A stretch of DNA of 16,335 nucleotides, taken from the NCBI GenBank assembly GCA_031414955.1, contig JANOQV010000015.1, positions 1 to 16,335 of the forward strand. Direction: 5' to 3'. Position numbers and translations under genes: made by a program. Origin of the DNA: Pedosphaera sp. (GTDB taxonomy: Bacteria > Verrucomicrobiota > Verrucomicrobiia > Limisphaerales > SIBH01). Position 1 is the stretch's first letter; each line of letters begins with the position of its first letter. The notes under the pieces are model-generated. The model saw nothing but the letters and a program-made list of their open reading frames with translations. It had not been told where the DNA came from and searched no databases. This document shows, piece by piece, positions 8,056-16,121 of the stretch.

Positions 8056-8808
8056 ATGAAGAGACACGAGCTTAGGCACCCCCAGACTGGGAGAGCAAAA
8101 TGGGCCTCTATTTTTCTGGCCTTCATTTTCCTTTTGGCCGGGGCGGCTTTGCTCGGCCCGGGTTGCGCGCGACGCCACGCACTGGAACCCGTTTTTACCC
8201 GGCTCTTCCCGGAGGACGGCGTGCCCGTCGGCTGGCGGGTGGGCGCTTGGAATGACGTTTCCAAGCCCGGCCCGACCGGCACGGTCTGGCGGGTGCAGGG
8301 CGGTGTGCTGCAACCCGAAGGCCCGCGCGGCTCGTGGTTGATGAGCGAGAAGGCTTACGGGGATTTCGTGCTCGAATACGAGTTCAAGCTCGGCGTGACC
8401 GGCAACAGCGGCCTGGCCCTGCGCGCGCCCATGAAGGGTGATCCCGCCTTCGACGGCCTCGAACTTCAAATGGCGGATTTCCGTTACAACCCCAGCGCCA
8501 AGGATTCAGAACTTACCGGCGGCCTCTATCGCGCACTCGCTCCGACCAGGCAGGTTTACAAACCGACCGAGTGGAACAGCTACCATGTCGAGCTACGCGG
8601 CTCGCGCATCCTCGTGATCCTGAACGGTGAGAAAATTCAGGACGCGGACTTGAACACGCAGACGAACACGGTGAAGCGCCACGACAACACCCTGGCTGTG
8701 CCCCTCACGGATCGCCCGCGCCGCGGCCACATCGGCTTCCAGGAATTGAGCAAGGGCGAGATTCCGCATGTGATGATCCGCAACGCGCGGATTCAGGAAC
8801 TGAAGTAA
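8056..8808 (+). CDS. DUF1080 (3-keto-disaccharide hydrolase-like) exported protein, possible lipoprotein
   Basis: GGAG RBS. Hydrophobic stretch ending LGPGC. Motifs W.VQGGVL, YGDFVLEYEFK, GNSGL, GLELQ, TGGLY, EWNSY, RGHIGFQ. Confidence 0.9.
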   Translation: MKRHELRHPQTGRAKWASIFLAFIFLLAGAALLGPGCARRHALEPVFTRLFPEDGVPVGWRVGAWNDVSKPGPTGTVWRVQGGVLQPEGPRGSWLMSEKAYGDFVLEYEFKLGVTGNSGLALRAPMKGDPAFDGLELQMADFRYNPSAKDSELTGGLYRALAPTRQVYKPTEWNSYHVELRGSRILVILNGEKIQDADLNTQTNTVKRHDNTLAVPLTDRPRRGHIGFQELSKGEIPHVMIRNARIQELK

Positions 8809-8810
8809 CC

Positions 8811-8877
8811 GGAGCGCCGCGCATCGCTCGACTCATTCTTTCCGGGGTGTCTGCCGCCGAGCCATGCGCGGCACTCC
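8811..8877. repeat. REP-doublet (REPIN-like) inverted repeat, copy 1
   Basis: Arms GGAGCGCCGCGCATCGCTCGAC (8811-8832) and GCCGAGCCATGCGCGGCACTCC (8856-8877), 19/22 complementary, between converging genes. Same family as 14038-14106. Confidence 0.7.
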
Positions 8878-8895
8878 CACCGAAAATCTTGCGGC

Positions 8896-9726
8896 CTACT
8901 TCTCATCCAACTGCGCCTCGGCCTTCTTCAACTTTTCCTCCGGCGCGGGCTTGGCCTGGCGGGCTTGCTCCGCGATCTCCAGCACATCCGCCGCCGGGAT
9001 GACGACGAGGTGGGATGATTTGCCCCGGACGAACCGCGTGACCGCGATGCCGACGAGCTTGCCGTCCATCGAGAACGTCGGGCAGCCGAGGTTGGAGCCG
9101 GTGACCCGCATGAACTCGCGCGGCTTCTTGGTCACGGAAGTGACCTGGCCGCGGGCCACGCTGCCCACGCGGTTCAACACGTCGTCCATGCGGCTGATGC
9201 TGACCACATCGTCGCCGACGTTCACAGCGGCGGTGTTTTTCAAGTCCACGGCCTTGAACTCCACGCCTTTGCTTTCTTTGCTGCCGGCTTTGATCCGCAG
9301 AAACGCCAGGTCGAGATCGGTGTCGCGCATGAGGACGTCGGCGGGGATCTCCGTGCCGTCGGGCATGGTGACGCGGACTTCCTTGAGCGTGGCGCTGGCC
9401 TCGATCTTGACCGTGCCATCGCGGGTGCGGACTTCGCGCCCGCTGAGTTCGCGCGTCGGGTCGATGGAACTGAGCGCGGTGACGATAAATCCTGACGCGT
9501 CGAGAATGGTGCCGAGCGTCTCGGCCTTTTGTTCCCGGTCGGGAATGTTCACCGCCTCCTTCGCGCCCTCGGCCTGCATGGAAATTTTGGCCACGACCGA
9601 AATCCAAACCACGGTGTCCTGGCGATCCGCGAAAACTTTGCGGGCCTGGGCGGCGAGCGAATCCTGGGCGCGAGTCGTGGTGGCGGCCAGCAGCGCCGCG
9701 GCTAAAATGGTGTTGAGCAGTTTCAT
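8896..9726 (-). CDS. Secreted trypsin-like (HtrA-type) protease-domain protein, predicted catalytically inactive
   Basis: GGAG RBS, signal peptide MKLLNTILAAALLAATTTRA. Fold motifs GTILDASGFIVT, DTDLDLAFLRI, GCPTFSMDGKLVGI. TNxH appears as TALS and GNSGGP as SNLGCP. No PDZ domain. Confidence 0.85.
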   Translation of the reverse strand: MKLLNTILAAALLAATTTRAQDSLAAQARKVFADRQDTVVWISVVAKISMQAEGAKEAVNIPDREQKAETLGTILDASGFIVTALSSIDPTRELSGREVRTRDGTVKIEASATLKEVRVTMPDGTEIPADVLMRDTDLDLAFLRIKAGSKESKGVEFKAVDLKNTAAVNVGDDVVSISRMDDVLNRVGSVARGQVTSVTKKPREFMRVTGSNLGCPTFSMDGKLVGIAVTRFVRGKSSHLVVIPAADVLEIAEQARQAKPAPEEKLKKAEAQLDEK

Positions 9727-9763
9727 GATAAATCTCCGGAGCGTTGCTGGGCGATGGCGCGGC

Positions 9764-11830
9764 CTACCACTTCGGCTCCAGTTCGATGAAGGAAGTGCGG
9801 ATGCCGCGCTTGATGAAGAAGGTGATGCGGCGCGACCTGCTCTCGCGCACCTTGTTTAAGATGCGCTTCAACTCGCCGATGCTGCCGACGGCCTGACCGT
9901 CGATAGCCAGCAGGATGTCGGTCGAGGACAACCCGGCCAGGGCCGCCCAGCCCGCGTTCTGCACGGAACCAATGCGCACCCCTTGGTCGGTCTCGGCCAG
10001 TTTGGCGTCGAGGCGGTCGTTGAGCGAAAGCTCGCGCGCGGAGAACTCGAACTGCTCGTCCTTGTATTCCTCCAATTCGGAGCTGGGCTTGGGCTGGCGG
10101 CCGAGCGCGACGGAGAGTTTGAGCGGCTGGCCGGCGCGCACCCCGTCCAGCTCGGCGGTGCCGTTGACCTTGTACTGGCGGACCAGGTTCTCGAACAGCT
10201 CCTGGTCCGAGGGCGTGCTCGCCGCGATGACTTGCCCATCGAGCTTGAGGAAAATGTCGCCCGTCTTGATGCCGCCCTTCTCGGCCGGCGAGCCAGGCAT
10301 GACCCGGGTGATGCGGATGCCCTTGCGCCCCTCGAGTTCGAGGGCTTCCGCCAGCTCGCGCGTGAGCACCTGCGACTGCACGCCCAGCCAGGCCTTGGCC
10401 GGACGCGCGGGTTTGTCCTCCTGCACCTCGGGGCCGATCTTTGCCACGGTCACGTACTCCTGTGCATCGCGTTCGAAGGTGACGACGAGCGGCTTGGGCT
10501 CGCTGAGGCCGTTGGTGAACTGCCTGGTAAAAGCCACCAGGGCCGCCGTGTTCGCCACGATTTGGCCGGCGACCTTGGTGATGACGTCGCCGCTGCGCAG
10601 GGCGGGCTTCGCCTCGGCGGCGGCACCACCCGGACGAACGCCGTCCACCAGCACACCCGAGCGATCGGCTCGCTGATTCTCCAAGGCCGACAGCCGCGTG
10701 AAATCCCGCGTGGTCATGGCCCAGGCGAGCAGTTCCCCTTCGAGCGCCTCGTTCGGTTCACGTTCGACCGTCGTGAGGGTCCAACTGGCGGGCTGGCCGG
10801 CGCGGGTGCCCTTGAGCGTCACCCGCGCGCCGACCGCCGTGTTTAGAATCATGCGGTTGAAGAGGGGAAGATCCTCGGGCGCACGGCTCTCGACCACGGC
10901 GGCACGATCGTAATCGCTGATAAAATCCCCGGCCTGCAATCCTGCTTTCTGGGCCGGGCTGTCCGGCAGCACATGCGCCACCAGCACGCCTTTGGCATCG
11001 TGCATCTGCTTGAGCAGCGGCTGCACCTCGACCCCGATCCAACTGCGCGAGACGCGGCCCTTGGCGATTAACTCCTGGGCGACGGATTGCGCCAGGTTCG
11101 AGGGAATGGCCCCGCCCAGGCTGCCGATGCCGACCTCATTCACGCCGATGATCTCGCCGCGCAAGTTGACCAGCGGCCCGCCACTGTTGCCGCCGTAGAT
11201 CACCGCGTCGTGGCCGATCCAGCGCACGAGTTCGCCCACGCGCTCGCCGTCGAGAATCATGCTGCCACTCGGGGAAATCATGGCGGTGTTGGCCACGATG
11301 CCCTTGGTCACGGATTGCGAAATGCCGGCCGGGCTGCCCATCGCGAGCACCACGTCGCCCACGGCGAGTTCATCGGAGTTGCCAAACCTGGCCACGGGCA
11401 ACTTCTCCTTGGGGTTGCGGCGGCTGGAGAGATCGAGCTTCAGGATCGCCAGGTCGCTCAAGGCATCCGTGCCCACGAGCACGGCGTCCACCTCCTCGCG
11501 ATTGGAGAGACGGCAGACCAGGCGCGTGGCCCGCCCGGCGACATGGTGGTTGGTCACGATGTAACCGTCCTCGGAAATGATGGCGCCGCTGCCGCTGGAA
11601 CGGCGCTTCTGCATCCGCCCGCCCTCGCCTTCCTCGAACACGACGTGGATGCGCACCAGCGCCGGATAGACCGCATCCACCGCGCGCTGGATGGCCTCGC
11701 GCGTCGTGTCATCAGCCCTGGCCTGGGCGGAAGCCCGGCCCGCCGTGGAAGTCGCACAGCCCGTGGGCAAAAGCAGAACCGGAGTGGCGAGCAGGAGCGT
11801 GGCTCCCAGAATTGTTTGGCGCAGGGTCAT
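9764..11830 (-). CDS. HtrA/DegP-family serine protease, probable lipoprotein, with four PDZ domains (688 aa)
   Basis: Start ATG 11830 (MTLRQTILGATLLLATPVLLLPTGC, lipobox-like). Triad motifs IVTNHHV, SDLAIL, GGNSGGP. Four PDZ signatures: GVLVAHVLPDSPAQKAGLQAGD, GVLVDGVRPGGAAAEAKPALRSGD, GIRITRVMPGSPAEKGGIKTGD, GVRIGSVQNAGWAALAGLSSTD. Confidence 0.92.
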   Translation of the reverse strand: MTLRQTILGATLLLATPVLLLPTGCATSTAGRASAQARADDTTREAIQRAVDAVYPALVRIHVVFEEGEGGRMQKRRSSGSGAIISEDGYIVTNHHVAGRATRLVCRLSNREEVDAVLVGTDALSDLAILKLDLSSRRNPKEKLPVARFGNSDELAVGDVVLAMGSPAGISQSVTKGIVANTAMISPSGSMILDGERVGELVRWIGHDAVIYGGNSGGPLVNLRGEIIGVNEVGIGSLGGAIPSNLAQSVAQELIAKGRVSRSWIGVEVQPLLKQMHDAKGVLVAHVLPDSPAQKAGLQAGDFISDYDRAAVVESRAPEDLPLFNRMILNTAVGARVTLKGTRAGQPASWTLTTVEREPNEALEGELLAWAMTTRDFTRLSALENQRADRSGVLVDGVRPGGAAAEAKPALRSGDVITKVAGQIVANTAALVAFTRQFTNGLSEPKPLVVTFERDAQEYVTVAKIGPEVQEDKPARPAKAWLGVQSQVLTRELAEALELEGRKGIRITRVMPGSPAEKGGIKTGDIFLKLDGQVIAASTPSDQELFENLVRQYKVNGTAELDGVRAGQPLKLSVALGRQPKPSSELEEYKDEQFEFSARELSLNDRLDAKLAETDQGVRIGSVQNAGWAALAGLSSTDILLAIDGQAVGSIGELKRILNKVRESRSRRITFFIKRGIRTSFIELEPKW

Positions 11831-11915
11831 CGGGGAGATGAGTTCACATTCAGAGGGCGGCGTCGAGCCTGAGTTGCGCCTGGCGCGCGGACAGGAATGT
11901 CCGCGCCCCGCCAGC

Positions 11916-12398
11916 TCACCGTGTCCGCCCATCCGCCGCGAACCGGCAGGCGTCGGCGACGAGCGCGAGCTGCTCCAGAAATTGCTCCCGGCCGGCTTCC
12001 GGCAGCACGGCCAGCACTTCGCCCTGGAGCTGAAGGGCGATTTCTCGCGCGGCTTCGTAGGTCTGGCGGCCCTTGGGCAGGAGCTTGATGCGGTGGGCGC
12101 GGCGATCCTTCTCGTGCGGCGTGCGCGCGATGTAATCCACTTTCTCCATGCGTTCGAGCAACGACGCAACCGTGTTCGGATCGCTCGACATGAGCCGCGA
12201 CAGTTCGCGCTGGGTCAGCCCGAGGTGGTCGCCCTCCAGCAGGATGCGCAGCACGGTGAATTGATCGGGCGTGAGTTGAAGATGGACGAGGCGGCGCCGG
12301 AAGGCCTGGTTCAACCCGTACCAGGAGCGACGCAGCAGGGGCGGCAGGCGGCGCCGGCTTGGCGAATCAATCGGCTCCGGGATTTCGGGCAAGGGCAT
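11916..12398 (-). CDS. MarR-family transcriptional regulator (160 aa)
   Basis: LTPDQFTVL, LTQRELSRLM, TVASLLERMEKVDYIARTPHEKDRRAHRIKLLPKG. ATG 12398 lies 5 nt after the lpxD stop. Confidence 0.92.
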   Translation of the reverse strand: MPLPEIPEPIDSPSRRRLPPLLRRSWYGLNQAFRRRLVHLQLTPDQFTVLRILLEGDHLGLTQRELSRLMSSDPNTVASLLERMEKVDYIARTPHEKDRRAHRIKLLPKGRQTYEAAREIALQLQGEVLAVLPEAGREQFLEQLALVADACRFAADGRTR

Positions 12399-12403
12399 GG
12401 CGT

Positions 12404-13441
12404 TCAGGACTTGGGCATGGCCTCGAGCAGCGGGCCAAATTTCTTCTCCAGCTCGGCGAGCCGGCGCAGCAAGTCGGGCAGGCGGCGAATGGCGATGTAT
12501 TGGCGCTTGGCTTCCCGGTCGGGGCACGCGGGAGCGCCCAGCCATTTCTCGCCGGCCGGGATGTCGCTCATGACGCCGGACTGCGCGGCCACGGTGACTT
12601 GACTGCCAATCTTCAAATGACCGCCCAGCCCCACCTGGCCGGCCAGGGTGACGAAATTACCGAGCTGGGTGCTGCCGGCGATGCCGACCTGGCCGACGAT
12701 GATGCAGCCTTCGCCCATCACGACGTTGTGCGCGACTTGCACGAGGTTGTCGATCTTCGTGCCGCGGCCGATGACCGTCGAACCGAGCGCGCCGCGATCG
12801 ATGGAGGTGTTGGAACCGATCTCCACGTCATCGTGGATGATCACGTTGCCCAGCTGCAGCACTTTCCGATGCTGCCCGGCGTCGAACACGTAGCCGAAAC
12901 CATCCGAGCCGATGACGGTGCCGGCGTGGATGCGAACTCGACGGCCAATCTGGGTGCGAGCATAGAGGACGACGTTCGGGAACAAGCGGCTGTCCTCCCC
13001 GAGCTGCGAGTCGTCGCCGACGTGGTTGCCGCCAAGCAGGGCGGAGCGCGCGCCGATCTTCACGCGTTCACCCACCACGCAGTGCGGGCCGATGTGTGCG
13101 GCAGGATCGATCTGGGCCGACGGCGCGACCACGGCACTGGCGTGAACGCCGGGCGCGTACTGCGGCTCGGGGAAAAACAGAGGCAGCACTTTCGCAAACG
13201 CCAGGCGCGGGTTCTTCACCCGCAACAAGGTCTTCGTCGCCGGGGTGACATGGCCGCCCACGAGAATCGCGGAGGCTCCGCCCTGCTCGGCCTGGGTGAA
13301 GTAGTCCTCATTCTCGGCGAAGGTCAGATGCCCGGCTTGCGCCTGGTCTGCGGGGGCAAAGCCGGTGATCTGAATCGAAGCATCGCCCAGGAGTTCGGCC
13401 CCGAGTTGTTCAGCCAGTTGGGAAGTGGTGAAAGTGGGCAT
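12404..13441 (-). CDS. lpxD: UDP-3-O-(3-hydroxyacyl)glucosamine N-acyltransferase
   Basis: N-terminal LpxD domain, hexapeptide repeats, IGSDGFGY, VEIGSNTSIDRG, KIDNLVQVAHNV (catalytic His), GQVGIAGS. Confidence 0.95.
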   Translation of the reverse strand: MPTFTTSQLAEQLGAELLGDASIQITGFAPADQAQAGHLTFAENEDYFTQAEQGGASAILVGGHVTPATKTLLRVKNPRLAFAKVLPLFFPEPQYAPGVHASAVVAPSAQIDPAAHIGPHCVVGERVKIGARSALLGGNHVGDDSQLGEDSRLFPNVVLYARTQIGRRVRIHAGTVIGSDGFGYVFDAGQHRKVLQLGNVIIHDDVEIGSNTSIDRGALGSTVIGRGTKIDNLVQVAHNVVMGEGCIIVGQVGIAGSTQLGNFVTLAGQVGLGGHLKIGSQVTVAAQSGVMSDIPAGEKWLGAPACPDREAKRQYIAIRRLPDLLRRLAELEKKFGPLLEAMPKS

Positions 13442-13460
13442 GGGTTAAAAGACAAATCAG

Positions 13461-13481
13461 GAATGACGAATGACGAATGAA
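13461..13481. repeat. Heptamer tandem repeat (GAATGAC)x3
   Basis: gaatgac gaatgac gaatgaa, just upstream of the lpxD start. Confidence 0.7.
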
Positions 13482-13609
13482 CTGGCGCGTGGCCCGCCGC
13501 GAGCGGAGTCGCGGCCCGCCCTGTCCGCAGTCCCCAGTTCTACTGAACCCGCCGCCCCCGGCCTGTTCAATGGCATGACCACAGCGGACCTGGCTGTCCG
13601 TTGCTCCAC

Positions 13610-13642
13610 CGACCTTGGACTTTGGACCCTGGACTTTGGACT
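13610..13642. repeat. Heptamer tandem repeat (GGACTTT-like) x~4.7
   Basis: cgacctt ggacttt ggaccct ggacttt ggact, just downstream of the panD stop. Confidence 0.7.
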
Positions 13643-13647
13643 CATTT

Positions 13648-14010
13648 TCAAATCCCCCGGTGATTGATGACGGCGTTCTTCGCTCCCAGCACGATGACGC
13701 GCGGCTCCCATTTCATGGCCTGCGTTTCCTCGACCATCGTGTAGCTCATGATGGTGAGGAGGTCGCCGGGCTTCCCGAGGTGGGCCGTCGCGCCGTTGAG
13801 CACGATGTGGCCGGAGCCGCGCTCACCCGCGATCAGATAGGTTTCGAAGCGGTTCCCGTTCGCCAGGTTGCTGCACAGCACGCGCTCGTAGGGCCGGAAG
13901 CCGACCTGGTCCATCAGGTCGAGGTCGATGGTCAGGCTGCCCTCGTAGTTCAGGCTCGCGTCCGTGACCGTGGCGCGATGGATCTTCGATTTCAGGATGT
14001 GAATCTGCAT
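13648..14010 (-). CDS. panD: Aspartate 1-decarboxylase (pyruvoyl proenzyme)
   Basis: LKSKIHRATVT, YEG|SLTID self-cleavage site, NGNRFETY, LNGATAHL. ATG at 14010 (TTG at 14013 is an alternative). Confidence 0.96.
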   Translation of the reverse strand: MQIHILKSKIHRATVTDASLNYEGSLTIDLDLMDQVGFRPYERVLCSNLANGNRFETYLIAGERGSGHIVLNGATAHLGKPGDLLTIMSYTMVEETQAMKWEPRVIVLGAKNAVINHRGI

Positions 14011-14037
14011 CAATGATTGGCGAGCCGTCCGCGGCTT

Positions 14038-14106
14038 GGAGCACCGAGCATGGCCCGGCCCGAACTGGAGATTTCACCCTCCCGGCCGAGCCATGCTCGG
14101 CGCTCC
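14038..14106. repeat. REP-doublet (REPIN-like) inverted repeat, copy 2, in the panD leader
   Basis: Arms GGAGCACCGAGCATGGCCCGGC and GCCGAGCCATGCTCGGCGCTCC. Extended arms 14036-14060 / 14084-14108 are 23/25 complementary. The unit is itself a palindrome (GCCGAGC-ATG-GCTCGGC) after a GGAG head. Confidence 0.75.
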
Positions 14107-14118
14107 AAACTCCCGTCG

Positions 14119-14168
14119 TTGACTCGCAATTGGCGCGGAATATAGAGTCCGGGCGATTTCCCGCGCAA
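14119..14168. promoter_or_regulatory. Overlapping divergent sigma70-like promoters for the oxidoreductase (+) and panD (-)
   Basis: Plus: TTGACT (14119-14124), 18 nt, TAGAGT (14143-14148). Minus: TTGCGC (14168-14163), 18 nt, TATATT (14144-14139). Confidence 0.5.
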
Positions 14169-14221
14169 TCAAAGTTTGCCGGGAGCACGACGCAGCAGGC
14201 AGAAATTCAACACACAAATTT

Positions 14222-15385
14222 ATGAGCAGGAAGATTCGTTACGGCATGGTGGGCGGCGGGCGCGGAGCCTTCATCGGCGCGGTGCATCGCATCGCGGCCG
14301 CGATGGACCAGCAGATCGAACTCGTCTGCGGGGCGCTGTCCTCGGACCCGGAGCGCGCCAAAGCCAGCGGCGCGGATTTGTTCCTGCCCGCCGCGCGCTG
14401 TTACGGCAGCTACCAGGAGATGATCCAGGCGGAGAAGAAGCGGCCCGCTGATGAGCGCATGGACTTTGTGGCCATCGTGACGCCCAACCACATGCACTTC
14501 CCGCCGGCCAAGCTGGCGTTGGAGAATGGCTTTCACGTTTTAAGCGACAAGCCCGCGACGTTAAACCTCGCCCAGGCCAAGAAGCTCGCCGAGATCGTCA
14601 AGAAGACCGGCCTGCTTTATGGGCTTACGCACAATTACACCGGCTATCCGCTGGTGAAAGAGGCCCGCGACCTGATCCGCGCGGGCAAGCTGGGCAAGAT
14701 TCGCAAAGTCGTGGCCGAGTATCCGCAAGGCTGGCTGGCCACCCGCCTCGAAGCCAGCGGGCAGAAACAGGCCGCCTGGCGCACCGACCCGAAGCGCAGC
14801 GGCGCGGCGGGCTGCGTGGGCGACATCGGCACACACGCCGAGAACCTCGCCGAGTACATCACCGGCTTGCAGATTGAGGAACTGGCCGCCGACCTCACCG
14901 CTTTCGTCAAAGGTCGCAAGCTCGATGACGACGCGAACGTGCTGCTCCGTTTCAAAGGGGGTGCCAAAGGCGTGCTGCACTGCTCGCAGATTTCCGTGGG
15001 CGAGGAGAACAACCTGAACATCCGCGTCTATGGCGAACTGGGCGGACTCGAATGGCATCAGAAGGAACCGAACACCTTGCTGCTCAAGTGGCTTGACCAG
15101 CCCATGCAGGTCTATCGCACGGCCAACGGCTACCTCGGCGACAACGCCAAGGCCGCCGGGCGGACCCCACCCTCGCATCCCGAGGGCTACCTCGAAGCCT
15201 TCGCGAACATCTACAAGAACTTCGCCAACGCCATCCGCGCCCGCGAAGCCGGCCAGAAACTGGCGAAGAACTCTCCGGCCAACGATTACCCAAAGATTGA
15301 GGATGGTGTCCGCGGCATGGCCTTCATCGAAGCCGTCGTGAAGTCATCGAAGAAGAACGCGGCGTGGACGGGACTGGATGTGTGA
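14222..15385 (+). CDS. Gfo/Idh/MocA-family NAD(P)-dependent oxidoreductase
   Basis: [54 protein letters not shown]. Confidence 0.94.
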   Translation: MSRKIRYGMVGGGRGAFIGAVHRIAAAMDQQIELVCGALSSDPERAKASGADLFLPAARCYGSYQEMIQAEKKRPADERMDFVAIVTPNHMHFPPAKLALENGFHVLSDKPATLNLAQAKKLAEIVKKTGLLYGLTHNYTGYPLVKEARDLIRAGKLGKIRKVVAEYPQGWLATRLEASGQKQAAWRTDPKRSGAAGCVGDIGTHAENLAEYITGLQIEELAADLTAFVKGRKLDDDANVLLRFKGGAKGVLHCSQISVGEENNLNIRVYGELGGLEWHQKEPNTLLLKWLDQPMQVYRTANGYLGDNAKAAGRTPPSHPEGYLEAFANIYKNFANAIRAREAGQKLAKNSPANDYPKIEDGVRGMAFIEAVVKSSKKNAAWTGLDV

Positions 15386-15415
15386 TCGAAAGGCTCGCGG
15401 GTCTGGGACAACAGA

Positions 15416-16099
15416 TCATCGCCCGAGCCGTTCGCGCACAAACACCGCCGCCTGCTCCAGCGTGGCACTCAAATCCCTCTCGACGGGAAATGCCTTTTGA
15501 AAAGGCGTGCCCCTTGCGCGGCCGGTAACGCGCACTTCCCCCGCTGTCCGGTCGTAAATGATCTTCGCGAACGATCCTTTGCCGGCCGGCGTTCGCTCCC
15601 ACTGCTCCAACTCGCCAGGCGTTGAGAATTGCCGCACGTCCTTCCACCGCGCTTGCAGCAGGGCGATTTGATTTGTCTCCGCGCCGCGCGTTCCGCCCGC
15701 CGTGTCGAGCATGGCGACTTCGATCACGGGTCGGCTGGGATTCAACAATGTAAGGGCGAACACGATCATCGCCGTGGCTGTGGCCAGGCCGAGCGCCCAG
15801 CGCCAGTTCCAGCCGCGATGCTTTGCATTGTCGGGGCTGCCGAGCGTTTGCCGCACCTTGGTCTGCAACCGCTCGCGGGCGTAAGCGGGGAATTCCGGCT
15901 GCGAAGATTCCATTGCTGATGTCAGTGGAGCGGCTTCGCGGGCCAGCCTCGCATCGGTTTGCAGCCGTTCCCACTCCGCCTTGAGTTCGGGCTTCGCCGA
16001 CAGCAACGCCTCAAGCTCCGCCCACTCCGCCTCCGTGCAGCGTTGTGCGATGACCTTCATGGCCAGATCGAAAAACCGTTGGTCATTCATTGAGTTCAT
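15416..16099 (-). CDS. Putative membrane-anchored anti-sigma factor
   Basis: Directly downstream of an ECF sigma gene. N-terminal helical segment (CTEAEWAELEALLSAKPELKAEW), one TM helix (WALGLATATAMIVFALTLL), then a small extracytoplasmic domain. Alternative start at 16090. Confidence 0.7.
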   Translation of the reverse strand: MNSMNDQRFFDLAMKVIAQRCTEAEWAELEALLSAKPELKAEWERLQTDARLAREAAPLTSAMESSQPEFPAYARERLQTKVRQTLGSPDNAKHRGWNWRWALGLATATAMIVFALTLLNPSRPVIEVAMLDTAGGTRGAETNQIALLQARWKDVRQFSTPGELEQWERTPAGKGSFAKIIYDRTAGEVRVTGRARGTPFQKAFPVERDLSATLEQAAVFVRERLGR

Positions 16100-16121
16100 C
16101 GCAAATGCCGGGCCGCTTCTT

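Noticed and set aside
7925..8075. Possible structured leader or short ORF (MPPPAKDRSR...) upstream of DUF1080
   Set aside because: Short GC-rich stems (CCTGACC/GGTCAGG, CCGCGAA/TTCGCGG) are expected by chance, I recognise no riboswitch consensus, and the peptide is low-complexity.
11831..12169. N-terminal extension of the HtrA ORF (801 aa call)
   Set aside because: Overlaps MarR in another frame. The signal peptide starts at ATG 11830.
12359..13480. 373-aa plus-strand ORF, and similar long ORFs 8864..9859, 5516..6592, 9983..10846, 926..1732
   Set aside because: Antisense shadows of well-supported genes, with no recognisable motifs.
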